Shown one piece after another: positions 32,314 to 47,040 of a stretch of 64,000 nt of DNA (its first letter is position 1; the number at the start of each line of letters is the position of its first letter). The notes under the pieces were generated by a model, which saw only the letters and a program-made list of their open reading frames with translations, did no database searches and had not been told where the DNA came from. The translations under genes and the position numbers were made by a program. Source of the DNA: Eledone cirrhosa (Eukaryota); contig OZ024742.1 in the NCBI GenBank assembly GCA_964016885.1, forward strand, positions 161,572,001 to 161,636,000. The letters are read 5' to 3'.

Positions 32314-33057
32314 TGTAACGGAATATTATGTGCGGTTGTAACGATAAGTGGATGGATGGATGGATGTAACTGTTGTTATGGTGGTTTCGATGTAAAGAAA
32401 AATACTAGGATTGTGTTGTTACAAAGTTTATTTTATTATAACAATATTCAATTTGAATATTGAATGATAAAATCAATAACACAAAATATTCATACAATAA
32501 TTTGGTGGCTCTTCGAACCACGTAAATTCAAGTATCACAGAATACGATTATAATATAATTTGTACTGTATCAGAAAGGTACAATATGTGTAAACAGAAAT
32601 GGTGCGTGTAAAAATACTGAACTCATTATGAATGCGTGTGTGCGTATCAGTATATTTACTTATTTGTATTACATGAGTCAGCGATCAGCCAGGAAGGTGA
32701 GAATAAGTGGCAGACTGGTTTTTCGTGACGAGAGCTTGTAAATGCGACTTGTCTTGTCTGTATATCATTTCTTTTCTGTCGGGGCGTAAACAACCCCTGA
32801 ATTTATAAGAGTTGAAGTTAGAAAGATAGATATATCCTCTGAACTTTGGTTAGTCTCCCAAGGGATTAGTTTGCCAAGCGTAAACAAGTCAGATAGATTG
32901 ATATATCCTCTGACCTATTTTCTGTCAGGCGTAAACACCTCTGACCTGTCTTTAGCCTCTCCCAAGGGGTTAGTCTCTTGAGCGTAAACAAGTTACCACG
33001 GCTTGTCCCAGAGGCGGGAAAGCTCAGATTCGGTTTCGAATCTTCGTCGCCGTTATA
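32314..33057 (-). repeat. 3' LTR
   Basis: Near-identical to 36382-37142; termini TATAACG...CGTTACA on minus strand; adjacent PPT. Confidence 0.95.
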
Positions 33058-33443
33058 GTACCCCCCCCCCCCCCCCTTCTAGTGAGAAAGCTAAGATTGA
33101 ACGATCTAGGTGCATGTGAAATGAAGATAGGTATGACTAGGTGCGCTGCTGAAGAAAATCAGTAAAAATAAAAAACACATGAAAGTCATTTACAAACAGG
33201 AGAAATGAAAGAAAACATGCAAAGCAAAAGAAATTTACATGCAGGAAAATGTACTGTGATGTTACATAAAATTGAAAATGTTCGTACGAAAAGTTTGTTG
33301 ATTAAAAGTTCATTCATTTCATAGAAACGGAAAAATGTTCTTTTGTCTGTTCTTTTGATGTGGGTGATGCACAGAGTTAATTGATTTGTGTGTAGCAATA
33401 GTCCATGACCACAGAAATTGGCCGATTCGTTGAAATGTACAAG

Positions 33444-34515
33444 TTAGCCGAAATGTTGACCAGATGCATAATTTGTACTTACTAGATAAACTTGTACGTA
33501 TCGCGTGGGCCATCGGACTGTTCTTCCAGATTTGGTGTGTCGGGGTTGTGCAGAATTTGTCGTGTTTGTGTCGGGCAAAGTTGTTGGTGAGTCTGCTGGA
33601 GAAACGGTGGGTACTGGTGGCAATTCCTGTTCTATGAACGCTTTTTTTAAACGATCAATGGAGACGGTATTTCGTTTCCCGTTCAAGTCGAGGACGAAAT
33701 GCTTAGGGCGTTTCTGTATCACCTTATAGGGCCCGGAATACGGCGGACGAAGTTGCGATGGATACCGTCATTTCTAACGAAAACATGCGTCCATGTATCG
33801 ATGTCTTTTGGTATGTGTGAAGTAACGTGCTGTTGTTTATGGGCTGAAGGAGACAGATGCGACATCGATGACCGTAAACGGTGCACATATTTTGTTGGGT
33901 CTGGAAGTTCTTGTGGCGAAACAGGAACGATCATTTGTCTGGGTAGAGTGAGTACGGTGCCATACAACATTTCAGCCGGAGAATGTCCGACTCCCTCCTT
34001 AACAGTGGAACGAATACCAAGAAGAATGAGTGGGAGGTATTCGAACCAGTTAGTGGAGTCTTCGTAAGCCTTGATAGATGCTTTTAGCTGGCGGTGGAAG
34101 CGTTCTACCATGCCGTTAGCGGCAGGGTGATACGCTGTTGTACGGATGTGTTTGCACATGAGGAGACGAGTCAGCTCGGTAAATAGGTGTGAATCGAACT
34201 GACGTCCTCTATCCGTAGTGATGGTCGCAGGTGTGCCGAAACGCGAAACCCAGTAAAACACTAGCGTTTTGGCGACAGTTCCGCAGTAATATCCGTCAGG
34301 GGAAAAGCTTCTGGCCAGCGAGAAAATCGGTCGACACAGGTGAGAAGATGAGTGTAGTTGTGAGAAGGAGGCAAAGGTCCAACGATGTCTATATGCACAT
34401 GTTGGAACCGTGCATCAGGTGTTGCGAAAGAACCGATCGGGGCTTTGATGTGCCGGTGAATTTTCGCCTTCTGGCACGCGATACAGTTCCTAGCCCATTC
34501 GCGGGTGTCCTTGTT
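33444..34515 (-). pseudogene. Gypsy integrase (frameshifted)
   Basis: [46 protein letters not shown]; upstream [15 protein letters not shown] in an alternate frame. Confidence 0.92.
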
Positions 34516-35566
34516 GATGTTGATCGCTGGAATGTCTGCGCTGCATTTTGCAAACCGAAAGGCATACGCAGAAATTCGAACATTCCAAAGGGTGTTGTGA
34601 CGGCGGTCTTTGGAATATCTGCGGGTTCAACGGGTATCTGATTGTAAGCTCGCACAAGTTCGATCTTCGAAAATATGCGAGCCCCGTGCAGCGAGCTAGA
34701 GAAGTCCTGTAGCTGAGGCACTGGATAAGAATCAGGAACAGTGCAGTTGTCAGTGCACGGTAGTCGCCACAGATTCGCCAGTCGTTCGACGACTTCTTGG
34801 GTACACAGTGTATAGGTGAGGACCAGTTGCTGCTGGACGGACGTATGATGCCGAGATCCAGCATGTGCTGAAATTCTTGTTTGTCGGACTTCAGCCGGTC
34901 TGGTGGTAGCCTTCTAGGTCGTGCAGCGACAGGTGGGCCGTGTCTTTTTATGTGGTGTGTGACGTCATGTTTTACAGGGCAAGCGTTGAATAGTGGTCGA
35001 GCTACGTCTGGGTATTTGTTGATGATGTGGTTGTGTCGGGTTGTTGTTGTCGATCGTGAAATAACTGGACTGACTGTGGCTGCCCTAGTGGCTATGCCGC
35101 ACACAGCGAGACCAGTGGAGTTGTCAACGAGTCATTGGTTTTTCAGGTCCACTAGCAGCGAGAAGTGCTGAAGAAAGTCAGCTCCTAAAATAGGGGTCGG
35201 CAGCTTAGCCACAACGAATACCCACTGGAAAGTGCGGCGGAGTCCCAAATTTAGTGTCAGGGACTGTTCTCCGTAGGTCGAAATATGTGAGTGATTCACC
35301 GCCTGGAGCCAGGCTGGTGTCTCTCTCCTTTTTCCAGGAACGCAGGAAACCGGGATGATGCTGACTTCAGCACCAGTGTCGACCAGAAAACGTGTGCCTG
35401 TGACGCGATCCTGAATGAAAAATAGGCGACTTTGGTTATGAGGGCCAGAAACGTCCGTTGCATTCAGTTTCTGGCTGTGTCGTTTCCCTGATTCGTTTTC
35501 GAAACAAATGGACAGGGATGGCTGCACTTTTGTGCTCGTCTCCCGAATCTTTGGTGGTACCAACAC
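34516..35566 (-). pseudogene. Gypsy aspartic protease + N-terminal RT (frameshifted, truncated before YxDD)
   Basis: FLVDTGAEVSII..ILGADFL; GIIRPSSSNWSSPIHCVPKK, WRICGDYRAL, KTAVTTPFGMFEFLRMPFGLQNAAQTFQR. Confidence 0.92.
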
Positions 35567-36377
35567 ATTTCTGGTGAATCCAGAGATGCGCTCGGACTTC
35601 TTGAGCGACCACCAAATCGGCGAGTTCGACTGTTGGACCGACGCGTGGCAGGGTTGCCCAGTGACAAGGCCTGAATTTGTTGCGTCAAGGCCTGTATCTG
35701 TGTTGCTTGCTGTGCCAGTAACTGGTGTAGATCGGGCATCTCTGTGGCACTGGAGGGCTGAAGGAAAGGATTGGTGGAAGGCACGGCTGGCGTCACATTC
35801 GCTATTTTTGAGTGCGGATGTGGTACCTCCACGATCTTATCTGCCAGCTCGGCGAGTTCTCCCTGGTGGATGCTAGTACAACTTGTGTGGCAGAAGGTAA
35901 ACGCTGGAGGAAGAGTTGCTTGAAAATTTCTTCCGGGAGTTTATGTTCTCCCAGGAGCTGCTTCATTCGCCGCAGGAGTTGTGTCGGCTTTTTATCTCCT
36001 AATTCCTCCGATATGAGGAGCTGGTGCAAACGCTTCTGCTGCGACTCCGACGTCCGCTTAACTAATGTTCTTTTAAATGTGTCATATGACACAGAGCCGG
36101 GTGGTGCTAAAATGAGGTCTCGAACCTCATTCATAATCTCCGGAGACATCGAACCGATGAAATGTGTGAGACGGGATGCCTCGCTAACGATCCGGTTCGA
36201 TGCGTACTGCGCTTCGATGTGCGCGAACCACAGTGTTGGATCGTGCACCCAGAATGGTGGAAACCTTAATGTAAATGCCGCCCTGACTGCCATTTCTGCC
36301 GTAGATGAATCGTCGTGTGCTAGAGACATCATTTGTAGTGGATGATCAGAAGGTTGTATGTCTGTTTTACGGGTCAC
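35464..36377 (-). pseudogene. Gypsy gag (frameshifted)
   Basis: FPPFWVHDPTLWFAHIEAQY, ELGDKKPTQLLRRM, LFLQRLP, CWYHQRFG..A.KC..PC. Confidence 0.9.
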
Positions 36378-36381
36378 CAGT

Positions 36382-37241
<860 letters not shown>

Positions 37242-37318
37242 TATATAATATATATATGTGTATATATATATATATAATATATATATATGTGTATATATAT
37301 ATATAATATATATATATA

Positions 37319-37868
<550 letters not shown>

Positions 37869-37869
37869 G

Positions 37870-37931
<62 letters not shown>

Positions 37932-37932
37932 G

Positions 37933-37999
<67 letters not shown>

Positions 38000-38017
38000 G
38001 TATATATATATATATTA

Positions 38018-39722
38018 CGCAATCACCACTTCTAACACCACACCTCAAGGGCACACCTTACACCACAACTCCACACTCTCTGATCCACTCTATCTCGACA
38101 CAAATCATTCCATCTATCTATAACTTTATACCCTAGAAATATCCCCATAAACACCTACTTTTAGTATAATTACTTTCAAATACTTATAATTATATAGTGA
38201 TACAATACAGTCTATATAAGCTTTAAATACCAGATTCGACAATGAATTATATATGCAATTGTATTTATATGTATGGAGTGATAACATTGGATATATATAA
38301 GATTAATTTATTAACATAAGAGATCTGTCTAACTTATATGTTGAGTGCAATAAATTATGTATGAATACTATGTGAGTCATATATGCAAGTATAACTTGAT
38401 GGATAGATTAATGACATTGTAAATGAGGGATGTATTTGTCTGCCCTAGAGATATATTTGGCTTTGCCATGCAAACAGCCATACGCTGCTCCAGAACTTAC
38501 CAGAGGTTATGTAGACATAATTCTAATAGTTTCCCTGACATGCTCTAAGAGTAGACTACATTTGCAGTGAACTTTGATATAAAGATATGGCTCTTTGTAT
38601 GGAGTATTCAGTTGTAGCACTGTATGATAGGGAGTAATCATCCTAATATAGATACCTTTAGTACATCATGATAGAGTAGACTGTATTTAAAATTGGAAAC
38701 TGGATATAAATATATAACCGTCTATATTAGGAACTCAATTGAGACGCCTTATAATGTATGTTAGAACAATGAATTTAGTTATGGAAATCAGCTAGTTACC
38801 TCCCCTTACGCATTAACTCCCCTTAATTACACACATACTTCCGGATAATAAACCGCTGTAAATTATCGCAGCAGAATCAACCTATTCTATAAATTTGGAT
38901 TAAATAACACTGAGCCGCAATAAGCTAAAATAATTTAATTTAATGCATCAAACATCCAATACGGAATCATCGTTACTTATGTGATGGATGTAAAAACTAT
39001 GTATTACTTATCCTGAATGTGAAAATGGTGGTGGATACGAGAACCATAACTTTCTTTTGCTTCTCCTTTTTATTTTTATTTTCCTGCATACATACTTTTT
39101 TTATTATATACAAAAAATACCTTACCACTACAACCACCATAATACTCTTACTTACCCACTTAAAGTGCTTGTATTACATGTAACACCATGCCACACAATA
39201 ATCATATATAAATGAGACACACTTGCATGCCCCACGTGTAACTAACGCATACACTAACTACTACATCTGACTAACAAACTATCCTCTTGCATTATCTGTG
39301 TTAACTGCCGAATGTATTTTAATTTTGTTTTAATTTTAATTTTGATTTTGATTTTGAATTTGAATTGCTATACAGAAATAATATAGTATAATATATGTAA
39401 CTCCACTGTACATCAATCTGTATGTCTCTTGCATTGGAAAGGAGGTCAATTATGTGTACAAACATTGAAAAATGGTCCGAAGACTCCAAGCCTAGGTTTG
39501 GATGAAACAATTGTAAGTGAATAAATGCTTTGAACATAGCTTTGATTCTTGTGAATTCTATATAACTGCTCTGTAGAACAACTGATGTTATTACATTGAG
39601 CTATCTATCTTACTGGTAATAAGGTAGTAATAAATTACTGACCTTCACTATTTAGGGTTTAAAATATACATAACTATAAAAAGTTTTAGTATATACATAA
39701 CCATAAATAGTATCCTTAATAT
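38018..39722 (+). mobile_element. Non-coding PLE-like repeat with CCGAAGA HHR-like motif at 39474-39518
   Basis: 38949-39722 colinear with 20080-20882; flanked by (TA)n. Confidence 0.65.
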
Positions 39723-39771
<49 letters not shown>

Positions 39772-40009
39772 ACATATATATATATATATATAATATATAT
39801 ATATGTGTGTATATATATATGTGTATATATATATATATATATGTGTGTGTATATATATATATGTGTATATTTATATATGTGTTTATATATATGTGTGTAT
39901 ATATATATATATGTGTGTGTGTGTGTATATATATATATGTGTGTGTGTGTGTATATATATATATATGTGTGTATATATATATGTGTGTGTGTATATATTT
40001 ATATGTGTT

Positions 40010-40042
<33 letters not shown>

Positions 40043-40143
40043 GTGTATATATATATATGTGTATATATATATATGTGTATATATATATATATGTGTATAT
40101 ATATATATATGTGTTTATATATATATGTGTATATATATTTGTG

Positions 40144-40174
<31 letters not shown>

Positions 40175-40190
40175 TAGTATTATTGGGGCA

Positions 40191-40317
40191 CCCACTGATG
40201 AATTATAGGAGTCCACTTGAATATATATCTATTGATGATATACAAGCTCCTACATAAATTGTTATAATTTCACCCAAATTGTAGGAATCCTATAATGTAA
40301 CGAGACGTCCGTCTGGG
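40191..40317 (+). ncRNA. Hammerhead-like motif with long branched stem II and GAGA in place of GAAA
   Basis: CCCA-CUGAUGA-AUUAUAGGA...UCCUAUAAU-GUAAC-GAGAC(GUCC)GUC-UGGG. Confidence 0.55.
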
Positions 40318-40492
40318 AAGAGATATATTAGATATGTCTCATTTGAAATAATACAGCCAATTTTCCACGCAATACTTTTAGTTAGCACCCCGAACGCATA
40401 ATTGGGAATATAATCACTTATTTCCTAATGTTTGTTGAGTGAGTTGGAATTTGGCCGGAGTATCGCTAAAAAGCTTTCTCCGATATTGTATT

Positions 40493-40537
<45 letters not shown>

Positions 40538-41186
40538 AGAAATGTTTTCATTGCTGATAGTCTGTCAGTTACAACTCCTGGCAGAAGAAACAACATAAAG
40601 TATTTTCTGTAAGGCCACAACGTACTGCTTGATCTAGGAATGGAAACCACTAGCTTATGATCGTGCGTCCAGCACTAAAACCACTAGGTCATATGGTTAT
40701 ATAGATACATAACAATAGTAATAAGTAGTGGTTCCTCATATATACAGAGGAACCCCAGTGGCTGGGACCCATGGAAGAGGCAGAGCCAGGAAAACATGGG
40801 ATGAGGTTGTGAAGACCGGCCTGAAAAAAAAGTAAACCTCAAAACAGAAATGGTGGACCACGAAAGCTAGTTCTATGCCGTCTGGTGAAGACCCAGCATA
40901 CAAGATGACTTGACATCTCTGGATTCCACCATATAATACAATGCTTTTGCTATAGTATAAAAACTCAAACACACAATTGAGCTCATAATTCAAATTTACA
41001 ACTTTGGGGTTATTTCCCTTTGTTTGATGACGTTATCTTTTGTAAACATGGTTTCTTAGCAAAATTTACTTTTAACGGTATCTTAACTCGTATTGGCGCC
41101 TGAATAAAGGTCACTATCTTGATGCTTCTTATTTTCTGGAGGTATGCTCAAATTTGGGTAGAGATTTTTGTACCGTGTATAAACAT

Positions 41187-41227
<41 letters not shown>

Positions 41228-41230
<3 letters not shown>

Positions 41231-41508
41231 TTGTCCCCCGGTATTCGCGGGGGTTACGTTCCTAGAGTACCTGTGAAGAGTGAAAAACCGAATATTGGAC
41301 GTGGCCCATTAAAATGCCTATAAAATATAGGCCAGCAAATACGGTATATTCTTAATAATTTAACGTTAAAAGGCGTGAAAAAATATATATATTGCCACAC
41401 AAAAAAAGACATTAAAAAACACATATTTATGATTCTGCGAATGTAGTAGTTTCCATGAACAATATACGAGGTTCTAAGGAAAATTCCGCAAATGTCGGGG
41501 GTACACCG
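41228..41508. mobile_element. Tc1/mariner (Tigger/pogo-like) MITE
   Basis: Imperfect TIRs cccccggtattcgcgg / ccgcaaatgtcggggg, TA-rich flanks. Confidence 0.55.
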
Positions 41509-41549
41509 TGTGTGTGTGTATATATATATATATAATGTATGTGTGTGAT

Positions 41550-43840
41550 GAAATTGGGTGCATTGGCTACATATAGGTACACATTCTTCTGGGTGGGTTA
41601 CAGTGATTTTGTGGCTGAAGAAGGAACACTCCTAGCTGAGAACTATGTAGACCAGGTAATCAGTGTAAAAGAATAAACTTAGACTAATCTTGGGCAATAC
41701 AACAGCCACTATACTATCTGTATATGCTCCACAAGCTGGATGAGCAGAAAGACCACTTCTATGAGGTTCTCTTACAGACTACTTCAATGATAAATGATAG
41801 TGATCTCATTATTGTGGCTAGTGACTTAATGAACGTTGGGAAACTTTATAACAGTTCTCTTTCTCTCATTGGGCATGGTACAGAAAAGAGAGGTGGGGTC
41901 TAGGCTTTTGGAGTTCTGCAATAATTTCGACACAACCTTCAGGAAACCGGCCAGCCACCTGATTTCCTACCAATCAGCAGGTATAAAATCCAAGTACACT
42001 TCATTCTCTCCAGAAAACGAAATAGATGAATGATTGTAAATGCCAAGTCCTTTCCCAGGGAAAGAATGTACCACCCAACATAGTTATCAGTGACCTTAGA
42101 GTAAGGGCTAAATGGACTAAGAGAGAAAAGATATGGAAACAGAGAACCTGCTGAAATCCACAGACCAGGTCTGCAGTTGGAGTAAGGTCCCAGTTAGATG
42201 GAGGGTAACAGAGTGGTCGAATGATAAAGCAGGTAGAGATATATAAGATGAGGAGAGGGGAGAACAGAACAATACCAAGTAGCTAGAAGAGTGGCCAGGC
42301 AACAGGTATAGCTAGCAAAGAAAGAAGCAGAAAAGAAGTTTGCACATGTACTGCATCGTGAAGTATTTCGGATTGCAAAACCATGTACTAGAGAAAATGG
42401 GGAATGATAGTGGTGTATACCCTCTATTTAAAGCTGAAAAGAAAGAAGCTGGAAGACTTTCAATGAGAGACTACTGAATTAAAAGAATAAATGAGACAGT
42501 GATGGCCTACCCCAACTGAAGGACCATCTATAAAAGTTGACTGCAGTGTGATAGATAAAGCAATCAAAGACTGAAAGGGAGAGAAAGCAACTGGACCATC
42601 TGGTATAGTTTTCGAGATGCTAAAAGCATCAAGCATGGTAGGATACGAGCTAGTCAGACACATAGTTAATTAAGTTGTACTGGAAGAGGTCATACTCAAC
42701 AATTTGTGCAGGAGTATCTTTGTAAATTGCTTCAACAACAAAGGAGATGCATAAGAGAGTAGTAACTACAGAGGCATCAAGTTGGACTGGGTCATGAAAG
42801 TTGCTGAAATTTGGTGGGCACTTAGGAAGCTAGGTAAGATGAATGGCTTGTCAGGGTGGTGAAAGCCATGTATAAAGGAACAACCAACAAAATGAGAATG
42901 GGCAATGAATTTGAAGTGCAGAAGGGTGTCTACCAGGGCTCAGTCTCCTGTCCACATCTCTTTATGATTGTCCTTCAAGCCATCACTGAGAAGTTTAAAA
43001 TTGGCAATTCATGAGAACTCCTATATGCTGATGATCTAGTCCCCATAGGAGAGTTAGAAACAACATTTCAAGCATGGAAGAAGCTACAGTTAAAAGGTCT
43101 AAAAGTAAACTTTGCAAACATAAAAGTCTTAAGTAGGAAAGAGTACAAGAGAGTGATACCATAAAGGAATTGGCCTTATTCAATATGTCAGAAACGCATT
43201 GTAATCTATAGATACACAAGAGATGTAATCGGATTGCAGGCAGGCTAATGGAAAAGATAGACTTTGTATGTGACAGATGCTCAGGAGAATTAAGCACCAA
43301 GAACACGTGTGAAATAAATACCCTCAGGTGCCAGAGAAACTCCTTAGAAGTTGTTCATAGCTTTTGTTACCTAGGCAATCTAATTACCAGTTGGGGAGAA
43401 TGCTCTGAAAATGTGATAGCCAGGATCAGGACAGGCTAGATGTTTTGAGAGCTGAAATTGCTGCTGGCAACAAATGGCTTCTCTCTCAAGATGAAGGGTA
43501 GATTCTATGAAGTTTGTGTGTGAACAGTAGTGAAATATGGGCCTTGACTGTAAAGACCTGTGAAGGCTAGCAAGAAATGAAGCGAGTATGCTCCGATTGA
43601 TGTATAATGTCAGTGCGTATTAATGACATAGCATAAGCGAGCTGAGAGAAAAACTCAGCATAAGAGGAACTGGGCATGTGATGCATATGAAGATGGTAGC
43701 TGCATAAAAAATACAAAGAAATCCCAGTAGCTGAGATTCACAGAAGAGACAGACCCTGGAAGACCGACTTTAAGCTAAACTTCACAACAGAGATGACAAA
43801 GGACTGTGAGGGTTGCTGCTCTGCTGTGCTGGTAAAAACC
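41550..43840 (+). mobile_element. Decayed RTE-clade LINE (APE, RT, Cys-rich domain)
   Basis: Remnants VYAPQAG, KATGPSG, NYRGIKL, QGSV, LLYADDLV, FVCDRCSG, SFCYLG. Confidence 0.85.
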
Positions 43841-44399
43841 CTGCCACCAGTGTACAATGTGGCCTGACCCATCACTGCACACCCCACTCCATCAATGCTC
43901 CTCCAGTATCACTTTTTATCTATTCCCCCACTCTAAAGTCTTTAGATACCCTCACTATTACATCCAAGTAGCTTGTTCCTTCACCCTGTGCACCTCACAT
44001 CACCAATGCACCTTCCACTATCACTTCTCAGCTATTTTATCCTTTGTTACACTGCTCCCCACTCCACACTTGTGACTACGCCTCCACCACTATCTCTGCA
44101 TAGTTATTCTCACTATTACTACATCCCTTAACTATCGGGGGGTCACCCTTTCCCTCCTTTCGTCCTCTCAAATCACACTCCACCATACATTCGTTCGAAG
44201 CATAGATACCTAGAAAATTGATTAATTCATAATTTCTAACTTATCATTTGATAAGGGGAAGGTAACAAGAAAACTATGTTTCGATTTAATATTTCATAAA
44301 TTATGTCCCTTGAATCTTTGAGCGTGCCTTAAAAAAGATAAGTAAGGCGACAAAATAGAGTGACACGTTTAAAAACCCGTCTGCTTCAATTATGTAAAA

Positions 44400-44610
44400 C
44401 AGTGGTGTGTTCACACTTAGAATTTGCATCACCAGTCTGAAACCTCTATCTTGCTCAGAATATTGATCTCCTGGAAACAATTCAAAGACGTGCAACCAAA
44501 CAGATACCCTCCATCTACCATACTCTAAACGCCTTGCTTCCCTGGGCATGGATACATTAAAGCTCTGACGTCTGGCAACTGACTTGGTAGACATCCACAA
44601 GATTATTATC
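44400..44610 (+). mobile_element. CR1/L2-type LINE RT C-terminal fragment
   Basis: LEFASPV..NIDLLETIQRRATK..YSKRLASLGMDTL..RLATDL. Confidence 0.7.
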
Positions 44611-44899
44611 ATTAATAGATAACTGGCATCATTAAGATATTTGGCTCATCGTCAGTAGGCAACATCTTACTATATACATATAGCGCTGTCATTGGCCATG
44701 CAATCAAAACACAAACTGTGAACACCCATGTAAATGTAAGTAGATTATGGGTGGGCCAACAGGAAGGCTAAAAATAGCTCCTCGTTAAGCCCATAAGTCA
44801 GATTGACTAAAATTACAAATGTTAGGAACAAAAATATATCCACTCATGGTCTTGGGTACATTTTGTCTATATAATATCAACTGATGTATTATATATCTA

Positions 44900-46960
44900 T
44901 ATATACTAAATCATTGTATCATGACCTGTGCATACACACTACAGTCTTTGTCCCACTGCGGTCTTAGAATGGAAACAAAGTGTTGTGTAAGTCTGATGAA
45001 ATCAAGGCAAAATGGTACAACTACTTTAACGACCTCCTAAACCACATATCTCTCATTAATCCCTACATGATTGAGGCTATAGAGCAGTCTCCCATCATAA
45101 CAAACTTGATCCTCCCACATTGGAAGAGGTTAAGACTGCAGTGAGACAAATGAACTCTGGCAAAGCACCCGAGAAGGATGATATAGTGACAGAAACAGTA
45201 GAATAAGGTGGTCTTAAAGTAAACAATCTGCTGCATAACATACCAGCAGGACTGGAAGGAAGCCATTCTTGTTTCCTCTTCAAGAAGGGACCCAAAGATG
45301 TTCCTGACAACTATTCTTTACAATTAATTGTTGGTAAAATTGTCGCCTCGATTCTTCTTAATCATTTGCTGATGCATGTTGCACTTCACATTCTGCCAGA
45401 ATCTCAGCAGATATGATCTTTACTGCATGGTAGATGCATGAAAAGTGTAAGGAGTAACAGTCCGACATGTAATATTGCTTTATTGATCTCACATGTCAAT
45501 AGACAAGCCCTTTGAAGTATACTTTTGAAGATGGGTTGCCCTGAGTTTACAGGGCTTATACATTCATTGCATGATAGAGCAGCATAGGTTTGTGTTAATG
45601 GTGAGCTCCTAGAACCTTTCTCAGTTGAGACAGGAGTGAAACAGGGTGACCTGCTCACTCCAACTTTATCTTCTTTATAGTTGTTTTGTTAAGCATTCAC
45701 CAACACTGTTGTTGGCATAGACATACTGAACACCAGGGAGGCTCTTTAACATACAACAATTCTTTGCTGCATCAAAAACATATCTTGCACTGATACATCA
45801 TCTTTATGCAGACGACTGTGATCTTGTTAGTTACACAGAAGACCTTCAGCTTCTGATGGACTGCTTCTCAGCAGTGTGTGACAATCAGCCTAAAATAGAC
45901 ATTGGTGATGTACCAACATGCACCCAGAAAGCCATATATTCCACCATCTATATCTGTTGAAAGGAAAATATTGAAGGCTGTGGATAAGTTCATCTACCTG
46001 GGTCGGACTTTCTCCAGATGAAGAAGTAAGCTACCGGCTGTCTATAGCTTCAGTACTTCTGGTAAGCTGGAGTTACAGTCCAATATCAGCATGTGCACGA
46101 AAGTTGAAGTGTATCAGGCATGTGTGCTTAAACCTTGTTGAATGGATGTGAGACATGGACAACATACTGTGGGCATATCCAGTATCTTGAACGTTTCCAA
46201 CAACAATGCTTGCTCAATACATCCTCAAGATCCCATGGTGTTCTTATACACCATACACCAATATGCTGCAGCAGGCCTGTCTGAAGCATATAGACCATGA
46301 TCATGAAACAGCGTTTCTGGTGGTCAGGTCATATAGTATGACTCGAGGACAGCAAACTTCTCAAATAAATATTGTATGGAGAGTTGTTGCAATGCAAACA
46401 CCAGCAGTGTAAGTGACAAAAGTACTTTAAAGGCTGCCTGAAAGATACCCTGATAAAGTCAACATCAACACCGAAACATGGGAAAGTATTACAACTTACA
46501 GAACCCAGTGGCAAAATCTGATTGCTACCAGTGTTAAGGAATTAGAAAAGAAGCAGAGGGCCTATGCTGAAGTGAAGCAAGCAGCTAAATATGTGGAGGA
46601 TGTTAGTCCACTCCCAGAACGAGGTTTGAAAGTAACTCTTGGCTGTGAGGGATGTGGACATGTATATGTCAAAGACTGGGTTACTAAGCTATTGCAGATG
46701 CCTTACTCATGGAAATAACACCTTTAAAAACCCCATACACCTTGATTTTGTATGTGGTATTTGTACCAAAGTGTGTCATTCTGTAGGTGAGCTAACACAG
46801 CCAATATGACTCAAGCAGGCGGGAAACTTACCTGCATACTGTGCGGTATGACATTTAAGTCACTTCCTGGTTTGATAAGCCATCTAAGGTTACATCAACA
46901 ATAGCAACATTTTGGGGAATGTCATTTTTGTTTCTTTGTTCGTGGCCGTACTCAGACACA
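44900..46960 (+). mobile_element. Decayed RTE-clade LINE (second family)
   Basis: GKAP, FSVETGVKQGD, LYADDCDL, KFIYLG, GCETWT, ILYGEL, C2H2 tail, gtggccgtactc 3' end. Confidence 0.82.
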
Positions 46961-47040
46961 GGTATGTGTGTGTGTGTGTGTAGATAAATGTGTGCATATA
47001 TAAACATGTGCGTGTGTGTATATATATATACATACACACA

